Origin: Octopus sinensis
Lineage: Eukaryota
NCBI RefSeq assembly: GCF_006345805.1
Contig: NC_043011.1
Location: 21,898,464-21,962,463, forward strand
Length of the DNA: 64,000 bases
Direction of reading: 5' to 3'
The translations under genes and the position numbers were made by a program. Within the stretch, counting starts at the first letter, position 1. Every line of letters begins with the position of its first letter. Below, piece by piece: positions 11,361 to 25,148 of this stretch. The notes beneath the pieces were generated by a model that made no database searches, was not told the DNA's origin, and worked only from the letters and a program-made list of their open reading frames with translations.

Positions 11361-13857
11361 AAGTAATTAAACACATCTAGATAGCCCCTAAAAGTGTTTG
11401 TCTAACTGCAGCTACTTTCACTGGTCACTGTCTTCATCGTTTCTATGCCTTCATGTTAAGGAACAGATAAAAATTACGTATCTCTGTCACAGTTTGTTTG
11501 GAAATTTAGGATCCAAGTGCTATAATGCCCTCTAATAACATCATTAGGAAGGTCACATCATTTTTTACATGGACACAGATCTAAGGACTCTGCCTCCAAG
11601 AAAAGTTCCACTTTCAGAAGCAATTGGTTATACCTCTTAACTGGGGAGGAGAGGTACTGTCCAATTGCTGCCATATGAAGAGGTTCTTCTTGGACAACTT
11701 CCAAAATATCTTGACACACAAACATAGAAATTGGCTAAAAAATCAGTTTTAGCTAGTCCCAGCCAGGCTCACAGAGTAATTTCTCTTGACAGCAACAACC
11801 CTTAAGCTGCCATCCACTTCAACATACAGTACTTCTTGAGTTTAATGAGCAGTAGTTCTACAAACTGGGACAAATCTGATCACATGATCAGCCTTAAACA
11901 ATCAACACCAATATTATAAGTACTCTGGAGTTCAACACCATTCTTCTATCAGTTACACATTATTATCTGAAGGATCATGAGTGTATTGTGTGTTTGCCTG
12001 TGTGGAACTCCAAATAATGAGTCAAAAATAAGTATTGTTTGTGTGTTTGTGTGTGTGTAATGTCTATATTAAAAGCAGATCACTACAAGGAAGAGCCAAA
12101 AACATCTTTAATGAAAGCTTTTTTCCAAATGCAATTAATGGGATGCTCTCACCAGTTACATCTTGTTATCTGTTACTTATTTTTAATTTGTTATTAGAGC
12201 ACTGGATAGTTGTTCCTGTTACTTACATACTGAATTCAAATCCAGCCAAGACCATATTTGCCTCTTATCTTTCCAAGGTCAATAAAATTAAGTGCCAGTC
12301 AAGTTTTGGGGTCAATGATATTAACTGCTCCCCACCCACTCTAAACTGCTGACCGTTGCCTGAGTCAGAAACCGACTTTATGAGCCAATGGGGGACCTAT
12401 ATAGTTGCTCGATGTGATAGAAATAATAACCAAATTGCATTCATATTAAACACTGCTGTCTTAATAAAAAAGGACACATTTGTTAATGTCCTTGATATAT
12501 TACACCTCAAAAAAAAAAAAAAAAGAACTGGATGATCATGGCTGCTCAATCCTGGTAGAACTGAAATAACAGCAATGACCATTTAAGCATTGGACCTTTC
12601 AAGCTTTCAATAGTAATGACATCATTAGCATAATTTCTGTGTAGCTGTGTTTTGCCTTAGAGGATTGAACAATCAACATTATCATCATTTAATGACCCTT
12701 CTTCCATGCTGGCATAGGTTGGATAGTTCAACATGAACTGATGAGCTGGAGGGCTGTGCTGAGTTACAATGTCTGCTTTGGCATGGTTTCTACAGCTGGA
12801 TGCCTTTGTTAATGCTAAACACTGCCCAGAATATACTGGGTGCTTTTTTGTGGCACCAGCACTGCTGAGCAAGTACAAGTGGTACAAAATCTCTCAACTG
12901 AGTGAGGTATAGTGTTGAAAGATATATACTAAAATGAAAAAAATAATACAAAGGAAAATACAACTTCTCATTTGGATTTGGTAGGAAGTAACGATCGGGT
13001 CTGACATCTTTAAAAAAAAAAATCTATTTTCTATGCTGAATTTTAATAAAATTTGAAAGATAAAAGATTATGGTTACTTCAAGTAGAATTTGTAGTTAAG
13101 CACCAACTACATTTTCCTTTATTATTGTTTGGAATGGCTTTGATGTAGTCATTTCATTCAGCTACTGTGCAGGCCTTAAAATAATATTTGGAAAGTTCCA
13201 TATGCTGCAAAGTTTGGTCACTATGGTAATTTCAACTTGTAGTAGTGAGATTCTATAACAGCTAGCAGAACCTCTTAGAATGGTCTATTTTGTCCCTTGA
13301 ATATATATATATACATACACATCTTAGCATCCTGTCAAAAGGAAAGGAATCCATGCCTATTGGAAGTATAATTGTGTGAACTGGGAGTTGCCCTGAAATA
13401 AGCATGATTCATCCGTCGTCTAATGTAAATATTAATGTTAGACTTAACTTGCTATACACTTCTGATGGTTGGGAATGAAAGATGCAAAATATGAGAGAAT
13501 GAGATAATGGTATCAACTAGGTTCTTTTTGTCTGGGTTTTCTTTTTCAAATGCTAATTAACGGTAGACAAGAATAAATTTCAGTTGTAATAGCTAAAGAA
13601 AATTGTCTAAATAGCAGAATCCACAAATAATATTTTGAGCACATTTATCACTTGTCAAAAAGATAAGTTCTTTCTTCCTTGTGTATGAATTTGTTCATAT
13701 TGGCAGGAGAAAAAGTTTATAAATTTAGATATCTATATGTAACCTTGGAACAGGTTTTCTTTTTTGTTCTGATCTGAATGCTGTTGCTAGTGCTGGCTAC
13801 TGAACCAATGAAGAGGTCCCTATGTGATCATTCAATCTGCTGCCTAATGTCCCTCAA

Positions 13858-13923
13858 ATAGCAGCCAAGTCTCCGTTCGATAGCAGCCAAGTCTCCATTC
13901 GATAGCAGCCAAGTCTCTGTTAG
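13858..13923. repeat. 22-bp tandem triplication (atagcagccaagtctccgttcg)
   Basis: Three adjacent near-identical units with no spacers. Confidence 0.9.
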
Positions 13924-15712
13924 ATTATACTCTGTTGTCTTTAAAAAAGAGGAAAGATACATTAAAAAAATTAAAGAATATTCAAAATGATGGGATGGTC
14001 ATAACAGATATGTCTGTTCTGTCTGGTAGCTAAATAATCCCTATGGAAAAATGTTTTACTTTTAAGCTCTCTTTAGCAGAGGAACTGATATACTCTGGTC
14101 AAAGACCTTAATTCCTTTTAATAATATTTCAGATCAAGATTAATGGATGTAAGAATTAACATATACTTTGTCATATATGTACCTGTCTCTAAGATATAAA
14201 ATATTTTAAGAGAAAGAAGCTCGCTCAATCTTTGATGCATATGCATATAATATTTATAAAAGTATATAATTATACTATCATTCCCATTTTCTTGCCAAAG
14301 CATATATTGTCACATGAATTTCAGTCTAGTCACATGCTCATGTCTCGTTAGCTGTTATATAAATAAAATCTCCCCTCTCCTTCCCACAGAGAATGTTACT
14401 GATACATACTTCTGCAGAATTTCTATCTATTTCACATTTTCTGCACTGTTTGTAATACACAGACATCCAAACATATGGCATGAATTTTTATAAAACAATA
14501 TTCAGCAGTATCTTATGAAATAAAGTTGACATGAAAAAGCACACTCCTACACACATGCACCATATCCGTTCATTATAATTTTAATGACTCTGGTTGTGTA
14601 TGTATGTGTGTGTGTGTGTATTTTTTTTTTTTAGATATATTGATAAATATTTAAATGTGATGCCAGTTGATAAATTCCATATTGGTATACTCTTATTCTA
14701 TTGCTAATTATAATGTTCTTTGTCGCATTAATTTTACTGTAATCATAGCAATTATGTTGCTAAGTTAACTGAGTAAAGAACTGTAGTATTCTAAGCTACA
14801 ACACAGTAAGATAAAAATTTGTTTTATTTGTACGGGAGAATCTCTATCTGATTGATGTTAGCAATAGTCTGTGCATGTATCTACTTGTATATAGATACAA
14901 TGCATCCTAGCCTGAACAAAAAGCGCACATCTACATTCCAGACTTGATCAGTAGCTTCAAATTGGTGTTATTCTGTTTCATATGCAGGTAGTAATTTAGC
15001 TGCAGGAGTGGTATATTGGGCCACACATAGGGTTGGATCCTTCTTGAATGATACAGTGGCTTACTTTTGCCAATCAAGACCAATGAATTAGTTATTGATG
15101 AAGCCTGTGAGAGAACCTCTATATGATCACTTGACCTGCTAGAAACAGCTACTAAATTTCCTTCAATCAGCTTCCTACCTTCTTACAAAAGGAAAAACAT
15201 AAGCAGATAATGTAATCCTGGATAATCTATGCTTGAAAAGAAAGATAAAGATGGGGTTGACCACAGCTGGACCATTTTCAGTCAAAAATCTGCTGAATCA
15301 AGGCTGGCCTGAGGTCTAAAACACAAATAGTTATTGGTGACATACTGGGATTAATTGTCTTTTATCGTCTACTTATTGAACTGGAGCATTGCCTTGAAGG
15401 ATTTAATCAAACAAACTAACCCCAGTACTTATTTCTAAATCTGATTTTTAGTCTACCAGTCATTTTTGCCACACTACTAAGTTACAAGGATATAAACAAA
15501 CCAACACTAGTTGACAAACGATGATGGTTTTGGTCAGCCCACAAGGCTTTGGTTAGCCTGAAGCTGAAGTAGAAGACACTTGCTAAAGGTGCCATGCCAT
15601 GGGACTGAACCCAGAACCATATGGTTGTGGAAGCAAACTTCTTACCACACAGCTATACCTGTTTACTAATATAAAATTTGATAAATGTGTAACATGTTGG
15701 ATAAATGTGTAA

Positions 15713-15926
15713 CATCATCATCATCATCATCATTTAGCGTCGGCTTTCCATGCTAGCATGGGTTGGACGGTTCAACTGGGATCTGTGAAGCTGGGAGGCT
15801 TCGTCAGGCCCAGTCAGATCTGGCAGTGTTTCTACGGCTGGATGCCCTTCCTAATGCCAACCACTCCGTGAGTGTAGTGGGTGCTTTTTACGTGCCACCT
15901 GCACAGGTGCCAGACAGAGCTGGCAA
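15713..15926 (-). mobile_element. Family D RTE-tail SINE-like element, young copy
   Basis: (cat)n tail plus the ttccatgctagcatgggttggacgg...ggatgcccttcctaatgccaacc module. Confidence 0.9.
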
Positions 15927-16720
15927 TATGTTGGATAAATGTGTAACATGGATAAATGTGTAGCATGTTGGATAAATGTGTAGCATGTTGGATAAGTGTG
16001 TGACATGTTAGATAAGTGTGTGGCATGTTGGATAAGTGTGTGGCGTGTTGGATAAGTGTGTGACATGTTGGATAAGTGTGTGGCATGTTGGATAAGTGTG
16101 TGGCATGTTGGATAAGTGTGTGGCATGTTGGATAAGTGTGTGGCATGTTGGATAAGTGTGTGGCATGTTGGATAAGTGTGTGGCATGTTGGATAAGTGTG
16201 TGACATGTTGGATAAGTGTGTGGCATGTTGGATAAGTGTGTGGCATGTTGGATAAGTGTGTGGCATGTTGGATAAGTGTGTGACATGTTGGATAAGTGTG
16301 TGACATGTTGGATAAGTGTGTGACATGTTGGATAAATGTGTGGCATGTTGGATAAGTGTGTGACATGTTGGATAAGTGTGTGACATGTTGGATAAGTGTG
16401 TAGCATGTTGGATAAGTGTGTGGCATGTTGGATAAGTGTGTGGCATGTTGGATAGTGTGTGGCATGTTGGATAAGTGTGTGTGCATGTTGGATAAGTGTG
16501 TGCATGTTGGATAAGTGTGTGTGGCATGTTGGATAAGTGTGTGTGGCATGTTGGATAAGTGTGTGGCATGTTGGATAAGTGTGTGTGACATGTTGGATAA
16601 GTGTGTGACATGTTGGATAAATGTGTGGCATGTTGGATAAGTTTATGGCATGTTGGATGTGTGGCATGTTGGATGTGTGGCATGTTGGATAAGTGTGTGG
16701 CATGTTGGATAAATGTGCAT
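15927..16720. repeat. Minisatellite, 20-bp unit gcatgttggataagtgtgtg, about 39 units, plus about 2 units at 15678-15715
   Basis: Direct reading. It explains the three long His/Thr-rich minus-strand ORFs. Confidence 0.97.
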
Positions 16721-19192
16721 TGTGTTTGTAGAGAAGAGTCTGATAAGTGTGAAGTGTGTTAGAGAAATAGGCAGTATGTTTTAAAGTTACTGCATCCACT
16801 ACAAATTTTAGTTATTCCCCATCAATTTGATTCCAAGTTTTTATTCATTTATTTACTTGTTCATCCTAGTGTACATTTCGTAAATTCTTAGTATAACTTT
16901 AGAGACACAGTGGGAACATTTTGTTGGGGCCCTCAATATTTCATTACTAAAGCACCTTTGTTAGCATCCAAAGAATGTTACATGAATTTCCATTTGTATT
17001 GCCACCTAAATATCCTTTCTTCATGCATATATATTGGTTTTATCTTATCTTTTACTTGTTTCAGTCTTTAGCACCACTTTGAATTTTTAGTTGAATGAAT
17101 CAACCCCAGTACTTCTTTATTCTTTTTTTTTTAAAGCATGGTACTTATATCAATTCTCTTTTGTTGAACTGCTTAGTTACAGGAACACAAACAGACCAAC
17201 ACAAGTTGTCAAGCAGTGGTGTGAGACAAACACACACACACGATAAACTTCTTTCAGTTTCCATCTAGTTATTTCCTTTTTGTTTCTTTTTGTATTTGGG
17301 TTGCAAGATTCTTGATGTGAAATTGATGTTGTTAAACCAGTTGACAGATTAAGTCTGGCATCCGAATAGACTCATAGCTGGATTTGAACTTAAAATGCAA
17401 AATATCAAAACAAATACCACTAGTCATCAAGTCCAGTATTGTAGTTCCACCAGTCCACTACCTTGGACTTGGGTTGGACAGTCATCTGCCTCGTTGTGTG
17501 ATAAAATGTTTGCTTCCCAATCACATGGTTCTTGGTTCAGTCCCACTGCATAGCACTTTGGGCAAGTGTCTTTTTCTATAGCCCTGGGCTAACCAAAGCC
17601 TTGTTGGTGGGTTTGGCAGACAAATTGCATAGAAGCCAGTTGTGTGTGTATGTGTACATATGTGTGCATGCATATGTGTATGTGTTTGGATGTGCATGTA
17701 TACATATATACATATGTGCTTATATATGTATGTGTGTGTGTATGTATATATATATGCGTGTGTGTGTGTTTGTGCCTTTTTGTCTTTACAATCTGTGTGT
17801 CACTGTCATAAAAGCAGTGTCATTCATTCCCTGTATTCTGCAAGAAATGTCTGACCATGGGGAACTATTACCTTGCTTGGAAACAGGTGAGGCACCAAGC
17901 CATAGAAAATGGGCTTCAATAAGCTCATGCAAAGAGAAAAGTAGGCATTAAAATGATGACGATGATGATGAAATTGATCTTGGCAAGATTTAAGCTCAAA
18001 GGATAAAGTACCAGGACAACTAGCACAAGACATTCTATGTTATGCTTTAATGAATCTGAATGAAAATGGTGTTCCAACCCTGACTACTTCATTTTACCTG
18101 ATATAATATATCTAGGATTGCATAACTCCATATATCCTTCACATTTTAAAAATTATGTTATTTGAGGGAGATTTTACTGTTATTTTCAGAGAATCACTCC
18201 CCACTGTTGATCTGTAGTAATTTGAAACCATCTACAAACTTCTGTTATATAGTGGGTGGAGCCACAACTGATATGAACATATTACATTTTTTTTTTTTAA
18301 AGAAAAAGTTACAATATTCAGGAACCATCCCAAATGGCTGGTTTTGTACTGCAAGTCATTAAGTAATTGTAAATATGCTGAAAAAAATATGACAATTAAG
18401 TTAAAAGCAAAAAAAAAAGAGGAAAACCCAAAGAAGTTTGATAAATATATTGAGAGAATTGTATTTTGTTTCTGTGTATATATGTATGCATGTATATATA
18501 TGTGTGTGTGTGTGTGTATGTACAAACACATGTGTGTTTATCTGTGTGCTTGTGTCACATGTACACACACATACACAACAATATTATTGATTTTTAGGTG
18601 CATTGCGTATTGAATGCGGCAAGTCACGGGGATGTCTGTATGCAAGCAACAGTCAAGCTATAAGTTATTTGGAGAAATCCTAGTAGCCGTTTGTGACTTG
18701 CAGTCTGAATCATTAATCTATTTTTATCATTTTTATTTATTTTATTTATCTGTTTGTTTGTTCATTTATTTATTATATAATCCAACTAATCCGGTGTATA
18801 ACAGTTTGGTCTGTGTTGATAATGATGACGATAACTATATTTGTTGGTATTATTATTATTAATGAATTGTATCACATATGTGATTTGTGATATCTGATGA
18901 GGGTTAGTTGCTGAAGTAGAAAACAAATGAAAGATCATCGGAAATAAGAATTCCAGTCAGATATTAATCCTTTATCGATCTATGATTGAAAGCTTTCCCG
19001 GCATGACCATCTCGTCTTTTTGATGTTATGGACTACATTGTCCAATCATCATTGTTTAACATCCAGTCTCCATGCTGGCATGGGTTGGACGGTTTGACAT
19101 GGAGCTGGCTAACAGGGAGCTGTCCGAACTCCAACTGTCTGTTGTGGCATGGTTTCTACAGCTGGATGCCTTTCATAACACCAACCACTTAA

Positions 19193-19413
19193 CCCTTTCG
19201 TTACTGTATTTATTTTGAGATGCTCTGTGTTTCTTTCAATTACTTGAAATATAACAAAGAATTTAATAAAATATCTTAGTTATCATTCAGCTAGTGTTAG
19301 GAGCATACATTTTGACTAAGGTTTGGTGGAAAATTTTAATTCAAAACTTAAGGAAACAAGACATTTGTACAACAGAGCCAGAGCCGGTTTCAGCCGGGTT
19401 GGTAACGAAAGGG
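19193..19413. mobile_element. piggyBac-like MITE (221 bp) inserted in a family D SINE
   Basis: TTAA on both sides (19189-19192, 19414-19417). Perfect 12-bp TIRs ccctttcgttac / gtaacgaaaggg. The host SINE resumes on both sides. Confidence 0.92.
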
Positions 19414-21526
19414 TTAACAGAGTGTGCTGGGTGCTTTTTATGTGTCACCATCAGTTGGTAGAGCATCATGCTTTTATGTTGTCAAATGTATTCTTTATTT
19501 AAGACAGTAGGCTGTAGCTTTGACAGCGATTTGGCTGTTAATTCTAATAGCTCAAGCAGTTGTATAGAAATGGTGATGTACCTTACCAACTGGATTCTGA
19601 GAATCCCCAAACATTATGTTGATGTAATGAGTCTTGGATGTTGGCTTGATGGAACTAATCCCTCTTATTTCTGATTTGAGCTCTGCACTGTCATCATCAT
19701 CATCATCATTTAATGTCCACTTTTCCATGCTTGAATGGCTTTGACAGAATTTGTTGAGGCAGATTTTCTATGGTTAGATATCCTTCCTGGTACCAACTTT
19801 CACCTGTTTCCAAGCAAGGTAATATTTTCTCATTGCCAAACATGTTTTTCATGGTCTGCAAATGAACACCATTGCTTGTATAACAACCATCATGTGATGT
19901 CTACACAAGGATACACAAACACACACACTTACACATATGCATATGACCGGCTTCTTTTACAGTTTCTGTTTATCAAATTCAATCACAAAACTTTGGTCAA
20001 CTGGAGCTATAGTAGAAGTCACAAAATACAGTACCCTCTATTAGTTACATACAGTAGTTAATATTTGTCATTTAGTCATTGTTAGTTTTGATGAAGCTTA
20101 CATCCTAACAATGATCATCTTGTTTTTTGTTTGCTTGTTTTCTTTTTAATACACAGTATTAATCATGTTATTTAATGTTCCTCCCTCTTTTAAGATGGTA
20201 TAGTGATTTAAGGAAGGTTTGGTTGCTATATCTAAAATGCTGAGCAATGAGCAACTACACTGAGGCTCAGTGAAATCTCTTGCAAATCAAATGTGTCTTA
20301 AACAATGAAGGGACATATTCAACAATGTAGTTCTTGAGATATACTGGAAGAAAGATATGAGTGGAATGCATTTGGTTCAGTTCTATTTGCAGTTAAACAG
20401 TAAGCTAAACATCATTATCATTATGATTATCATTGCTTTATGTCTGCGTTCCATGCTGGTATAGGTTTGACAGGTCACTCTGACCCAAGTCCTTTCTTAT
20501 TTAGAGTTACTGTACTCCATAGATGAGTCAAGATAACATTTTGCTTGCATGGACATTTTGTTTTTGGTATGCTTTCTGTGATTTGATGCTCTTCTTAATT
20601 CTATCCTCTTTTCAAAGTGTAGTGAATGCATTTTACTATGCATTCACTACACAGTGAGGTTGTCATGTCCTCAACAAAACTAAAAGATCTTCTCAACCCT
20701 ACACTTTACTGAGTGTACAGGGTGTATTTTATTATGGTACCAAAATATAGAGGTTGCTTCTTCCTCAACAAGCCTAAAAGATCATAATGCTATAAGTTCT
20801 CTCACTTGTCAACCACTTTATAGAGTCTTGGATGGATTTATAGTGAAACCTGCACTTGTGGGGATGTTTTGTGCCTTATTGTATTTGTTTATTAAGGGCT
20901 ACATAGTTGAGGAGCTGAATAGAAGAGAACGGTGACAACAGAAGAACCAGGATGGGTGGGAAAGGAGAGCAGGAGTATGATGGTAGAAGTAGAATGAGTG
21001 GGATGAGTAGATGATAGCAGGGCTAAAAGAGGGATGGAGAGTAAGAGACAGGTAAGAGTGAATGATGGATGATGATACTAAGGGGCAGGAGGTAGGGTAT
21101 AGAGGTAAGAATGATGGTGCCAAGAGCAATAGTGGAATGAATAGTACAGAGGTGAGTAGTAGAGGGATATGTGGTAGAGATAATGAGTACTAGAACATAG
21201 TGGAGTAAGTGATAGATGAGTGGCAGAGGAAAATGTAGTAAAGCAGTAGCTAATAGGGGTGTTAGAGAAATATCAGAGGCAGAAGATGTAGTGATTAGAC
21301 AATTATGCAGTGGAAATGTTTGCTCTATTATATAAAACATCTAACAGTTTGAAAAGACCCATAATCTCTGAATGAATTAAGGTAGTGGTTCACAACCTGT
21401 TTTGCACCACAGACCAGTTTCAGGCAAGACAAATTTTCCATGGACTAGGGAATCACACATATAACAAAACACAATACAGTGCATAATATATAATTTAATT
21501 ATTAGACATATAATACATGCACACAC

Positions 21527-22424
21527 ATGCCTGGTCTGATCAACAAGTATCCAGACTGTTGCCATAGTAACGAAACTAAAGCATGCAAAATGAAGCTGCT
21601 TGGCACAGATTGACTCTGAACTCTGTTGTGCATGTGCACTAAGTTTTAGCATTCTAGTTCACTTCTACTGTTTACAGCAGTGCTTGGAAGAAAGGTGTGT
21701 AGCATGTGATCGTTGCATTGACCATGACACAGAAAGTTGGACAGAGAATCTGCATCAAATTTTGTCAAAAGCTTGGTGATACCTGCTTGAGAGGTTTATG
21801 CAAATTTTTCAAAATGTTTTCATTGTTCTTGACACAATCAAGGAGATCTTGTGCAGCTGAAACCCGGGTGTCTTTTTGGTCAGCTGAAAGCAGGTTTCAC
21901 AGAAACTTGGCAGACACACGTCTCATACCAAAATCTTTATTGATAATGGACTGAACTGAACCGTAACTAATCTGCACATCCTTTGATAACTCACGGATAG
22001 TGATTTGTCAGTTTCCCCTCACAGTTGCATGCACATCTGTGATGTTTTTCTCAGTTCTGCTGGTTGCATGCCTCACGGAACGTTCATCTATATCGTCATT
22101 TTTTCAGCCATCTTGGAAGCATCTGAACCACCAATACATTATTGTGCAGCTCATACAGTCCTCTCCATACACTTTTTGCAACTTTGCATAGGTCTCTGAA
22201 CAGATATCAGCATGACAATTTTCTCTGTCGTGATCAATGCAATAATCACATGCTACATGCCTTCCTCCAAAGCACTGCTTTAAGCAGCAGAAGTAAGCTA
22301 GAACATTAAATCTTATTGCTCATGCACAGCAGAGTTCAAGGTCAATCTTTGCCAAGCGGCTTCACTCTGTGTGCTTTAGCTTCGTTACTATGGCAACAGT
22401 GCAGATACTTATTAATCAAACCTC

Positions 22425-22427
<3 letters not shown>
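21527..22427. mobile_element. Fold-back mariner derivative made of two convergent 5' ends
   Basis: 21527-21804 (+) and 21805-22427 (-) both match the 5' part of the mariner at 48755-49986. About 270 bp of the arms are complementary. Confidence 0.85.
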
Positions 22428-22460
<33 letters not shown>

Positions 22461-22464
<4 letters not shown>

Positions 22465-22761
22465 GTCACTGTGATCACCATGACCGGCCAGGCTATCAGA
22501 TGTTGCTACACATCGCTGGTCACAATGTGCTTCGCTTTGTTTTAGCCTTCAAATAATGCCACCCCACTGGCTAAGCGAGCAGGCCAACAGGAGAAAGAGT
22601 GAGAGAAAGTTGTGGCGAAAGAGTACAGCAGGGATTGCCACCACACCCTGCCAGAGCCTCGTGGAGCTTTAGACGTTTTCGCTCAACAAACACTCACAAT
22701 GCCCGGTCTGGGAATCAAAACCGCGAGTTTGCTGCCCTAACCATTGGGCCATTGTGCCTTC
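22461..22761 (-). mobile_element. tRNA-derived SINE (family F)
   Basis: The reverse strand begins gaaggcacaatggcccaatggttagggc...ggttttgattccc (A/B-box-like) and ends at a (TA)n tract. Confidence 0.75.
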
Positions 22762-23675
22762 CCAAACACACACACACATATAATGCAAAAACACCCTGCA
22801 GGCTGTAATAGTCAGTAAAATAGAAATAAAACTTTAAAACTTATTCTTTCTGTGTGGCCCAATATCAAATGATTTATGGTTCTCTACAGATCTGCAATTC
22901 AGTGGTTGGGGGGCACCTGAATTAAAGTATTCGCTACTTTTGGCATAAATTTTTCAGCAGAACATCCTTTAAATGGAGCTTAATCTAACTTCTTGTAGAA
23001 TTATTTTTCAATTGAAAATTAATGTTTGAAATGCTAGATTCATAAAAAGGAACTTCATTAAATTGCTATGTATTTTATATTGCACATAAAATACATATAA
23101 CAAAAGTAACAATAATTTTCTCTTTATTTACAATGCCTATCCTTCAAGAAATAAACTGCACCCAACTGGCTACAGGAATCATATGCTTAATTTTGATAGA
23201 GGAGTTGTTCTCAGTATCTTTTGTCTCTTTGTACCAGATAAGTGGTTCTGGTTTTATCTGCTGTTGCTCCTGATACAGAGCAATTGTTTATTTAGTATTT
23301 TATTTATTTATTTATTTATTTTAATTATGAATTTAGTAGCTGACATTTTATGCACTTCTCTTACTAGAAGTTAGACATGAAACGATGACACTTACATCTT
23401 ACAGAAATAGTTTTCCTGCTGTGGATTGTTTTATTTCCTTTGTGTATTTTACTATTTCAGTTCACAGCAAGTGTGGGGAGAGACAGTAGGAGAAATACAT
23501 TTGCCAAATAGTAGCATTATTTTAGCTGTCTTCAAGAACAAACACTTATAACAATTTAGTACAGTTGACTTTAGAAAAACAACTGGAAAACTCTTAGGAA
23601 TTTTGGATATATATCAGAATCAGTTGAAGCTAAATAACCAACCTGTTTGCATAGTGTAGGTTGTTAGTTGCTTAA

Positions 23676-24089
23676 CACTTTTGTTATCATATTTCTGTAG
23701 ACATACACATAATTTTTAAAACAATGAAGAATTTAGAAAAATAATTTTGTCATTAATAAAATGATGTTTGAAATAAATTAACATAACATTTTGATAAGTT
23801 TTAATTAACCCTTTAATATTCAGATTACTCTGTCAAATGTAATACTTATTTATTTACATTGCTTTGAATTAATTGTGCATTATCTCATAGCTTTGATATT
23901 TCAATGATGTGATTGTTTACTTTTAGAATGACATTGTAGGATTGGTGTGAGAGGCTGGGTCTGGCCAGTTTGAACATAAAACAGATAGAATATTCGGGTT
24001 AGATATGGCCAGGTTGAATGCTGAAGGGTTAAAACAGGAAGTTTATATTATAGAACAAGAACAGTCTCCTGCAGATTGTATCAAAAGGA
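23676..24089. mobile_element. piggyBac-like MITE (family 1) carrying a nested MITE
   Basis: TTAA at 23672-23675 and 24090-24093. Flanks are colinear with the uninterrupted copy at 63201-63428. Confidence 0.75.
23809..24028 (+). mobile_element. piggyBac-like MITE (family 2, 220 bp), nested
   Basis: TTAA at 23805-23808 and 24029-24032. Ends ccctttaatattca / tgaatgctgaaggg. Related copies near 26030-26250, 28896-29093, 30120-30390, 36789-37002 and 55740-55850. Confidence 0.85.
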
Positions 24090-24549
24090 TTAAGCACTTT
24101 AGATTTAGAATGAATTATTTTACTTCATAACTCATTGCTAATTACAGTCATCATCTGGTTTAATTTTCAGTGATTTCAATCAACAATATGATCATTTTAG
24201 GTACCCACTAAATCAAAAAAATAAAGAATCAATTAAAGATTTAATTAACGTCGATAATAAAAATTTCACATAATTTTGAATGGAGTCATTGCGGCAGGGT
24301 TTGGATGTGTCTTTACTAAATCTTCAAATGGATGTTTATCTCTCCAATTCCTAATGAGAAGATTTACATAACTCGCTGCAAGATTGTATTGAAAAGTTTT
24401 GTTGGTTGTTAACTGTTGTTGCATATTACAGCAGTGATCTGTGCCATTGACTGAACCAGCAAGAATTAATGACAGACATAACTCATTGTTAGTGAATTAA
24501 TATGAAATGTCTTGCTTTTGATCATTAGATCTGTGTGGGTGTATGCATT

Positions 24550-24581
<32 letters not shown>

Positions 24582-24894
24582 TACATACAGTGAGAGAGAG
24601 ATGTAACTCTGTAATTAAACCAATCATATTTGTAATTAGACCAATCATATATTCTTTACAGTGATTGAAAATACACAATGTACATGGCCAATGTAAATCA
24701 TAAGTTACATTTTAGCATCCTAACTTGTTGAAGTTTAGCTTTAATGGCAATAGCTGTGCCATTTTGACATTTTTAGTGGGCATGCATGTCAGAGCACTGT
24801 TGTACTGAGATACGTGGTGCATTGCTATACTCAAGAAAACTTGCCCACTGCAAGAATTGGGATCCTGAAATCAAGGTGCCACATATAAAGCATT

Positions 24895-25148
24895 GATATG
24901 GGTACTGGTATCACATGAAAAGCACTGATGCTGGTGCCATGTAAAAGGGACTGGTGATGGTGCCACTTAAAAAGCACCCAGTATACTCAGTAAAGGGTTT
25001 GGCATTAGGAAGGGCATCCAGCCACAGAAACCAAGCCAAAACAGACAATGGGACTGGGTGCAGCCCCTGGCCTTGCCAGTTCCTATCAAGCGGTCCACCT
25101 CATGCCAGCATGGAAAATGGACATTAAAATAATGATGATGATGATAAT
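24895..25148 (+). mobile_element. Family D RTE-tail SINE-like element
   Basis: Repeated aaaagcactg/ggtgcca units, ggcattaggaagggcatccagcc and a gatgatgat tail. Confidence 0.8.

Noticed and set aside
11500-11960. Complex, less AT-rich tract next to the RTE fragment
   Set aside because: Stops in the frames I translated and no motif I could assign.
13858-13923. CRISPR-like short direct repeats
   Set aside because: The units are adjacent with no spacers, in a eukaryotic context with no cas genes.
15832-16799. Three long minus-strand ORFs (246-283 aa, HTYPTC/QHATHL repeats)
   Set aside because: They are translations of a 20-bp minisatellite that lacks stops on that strand. No splice or homology support.
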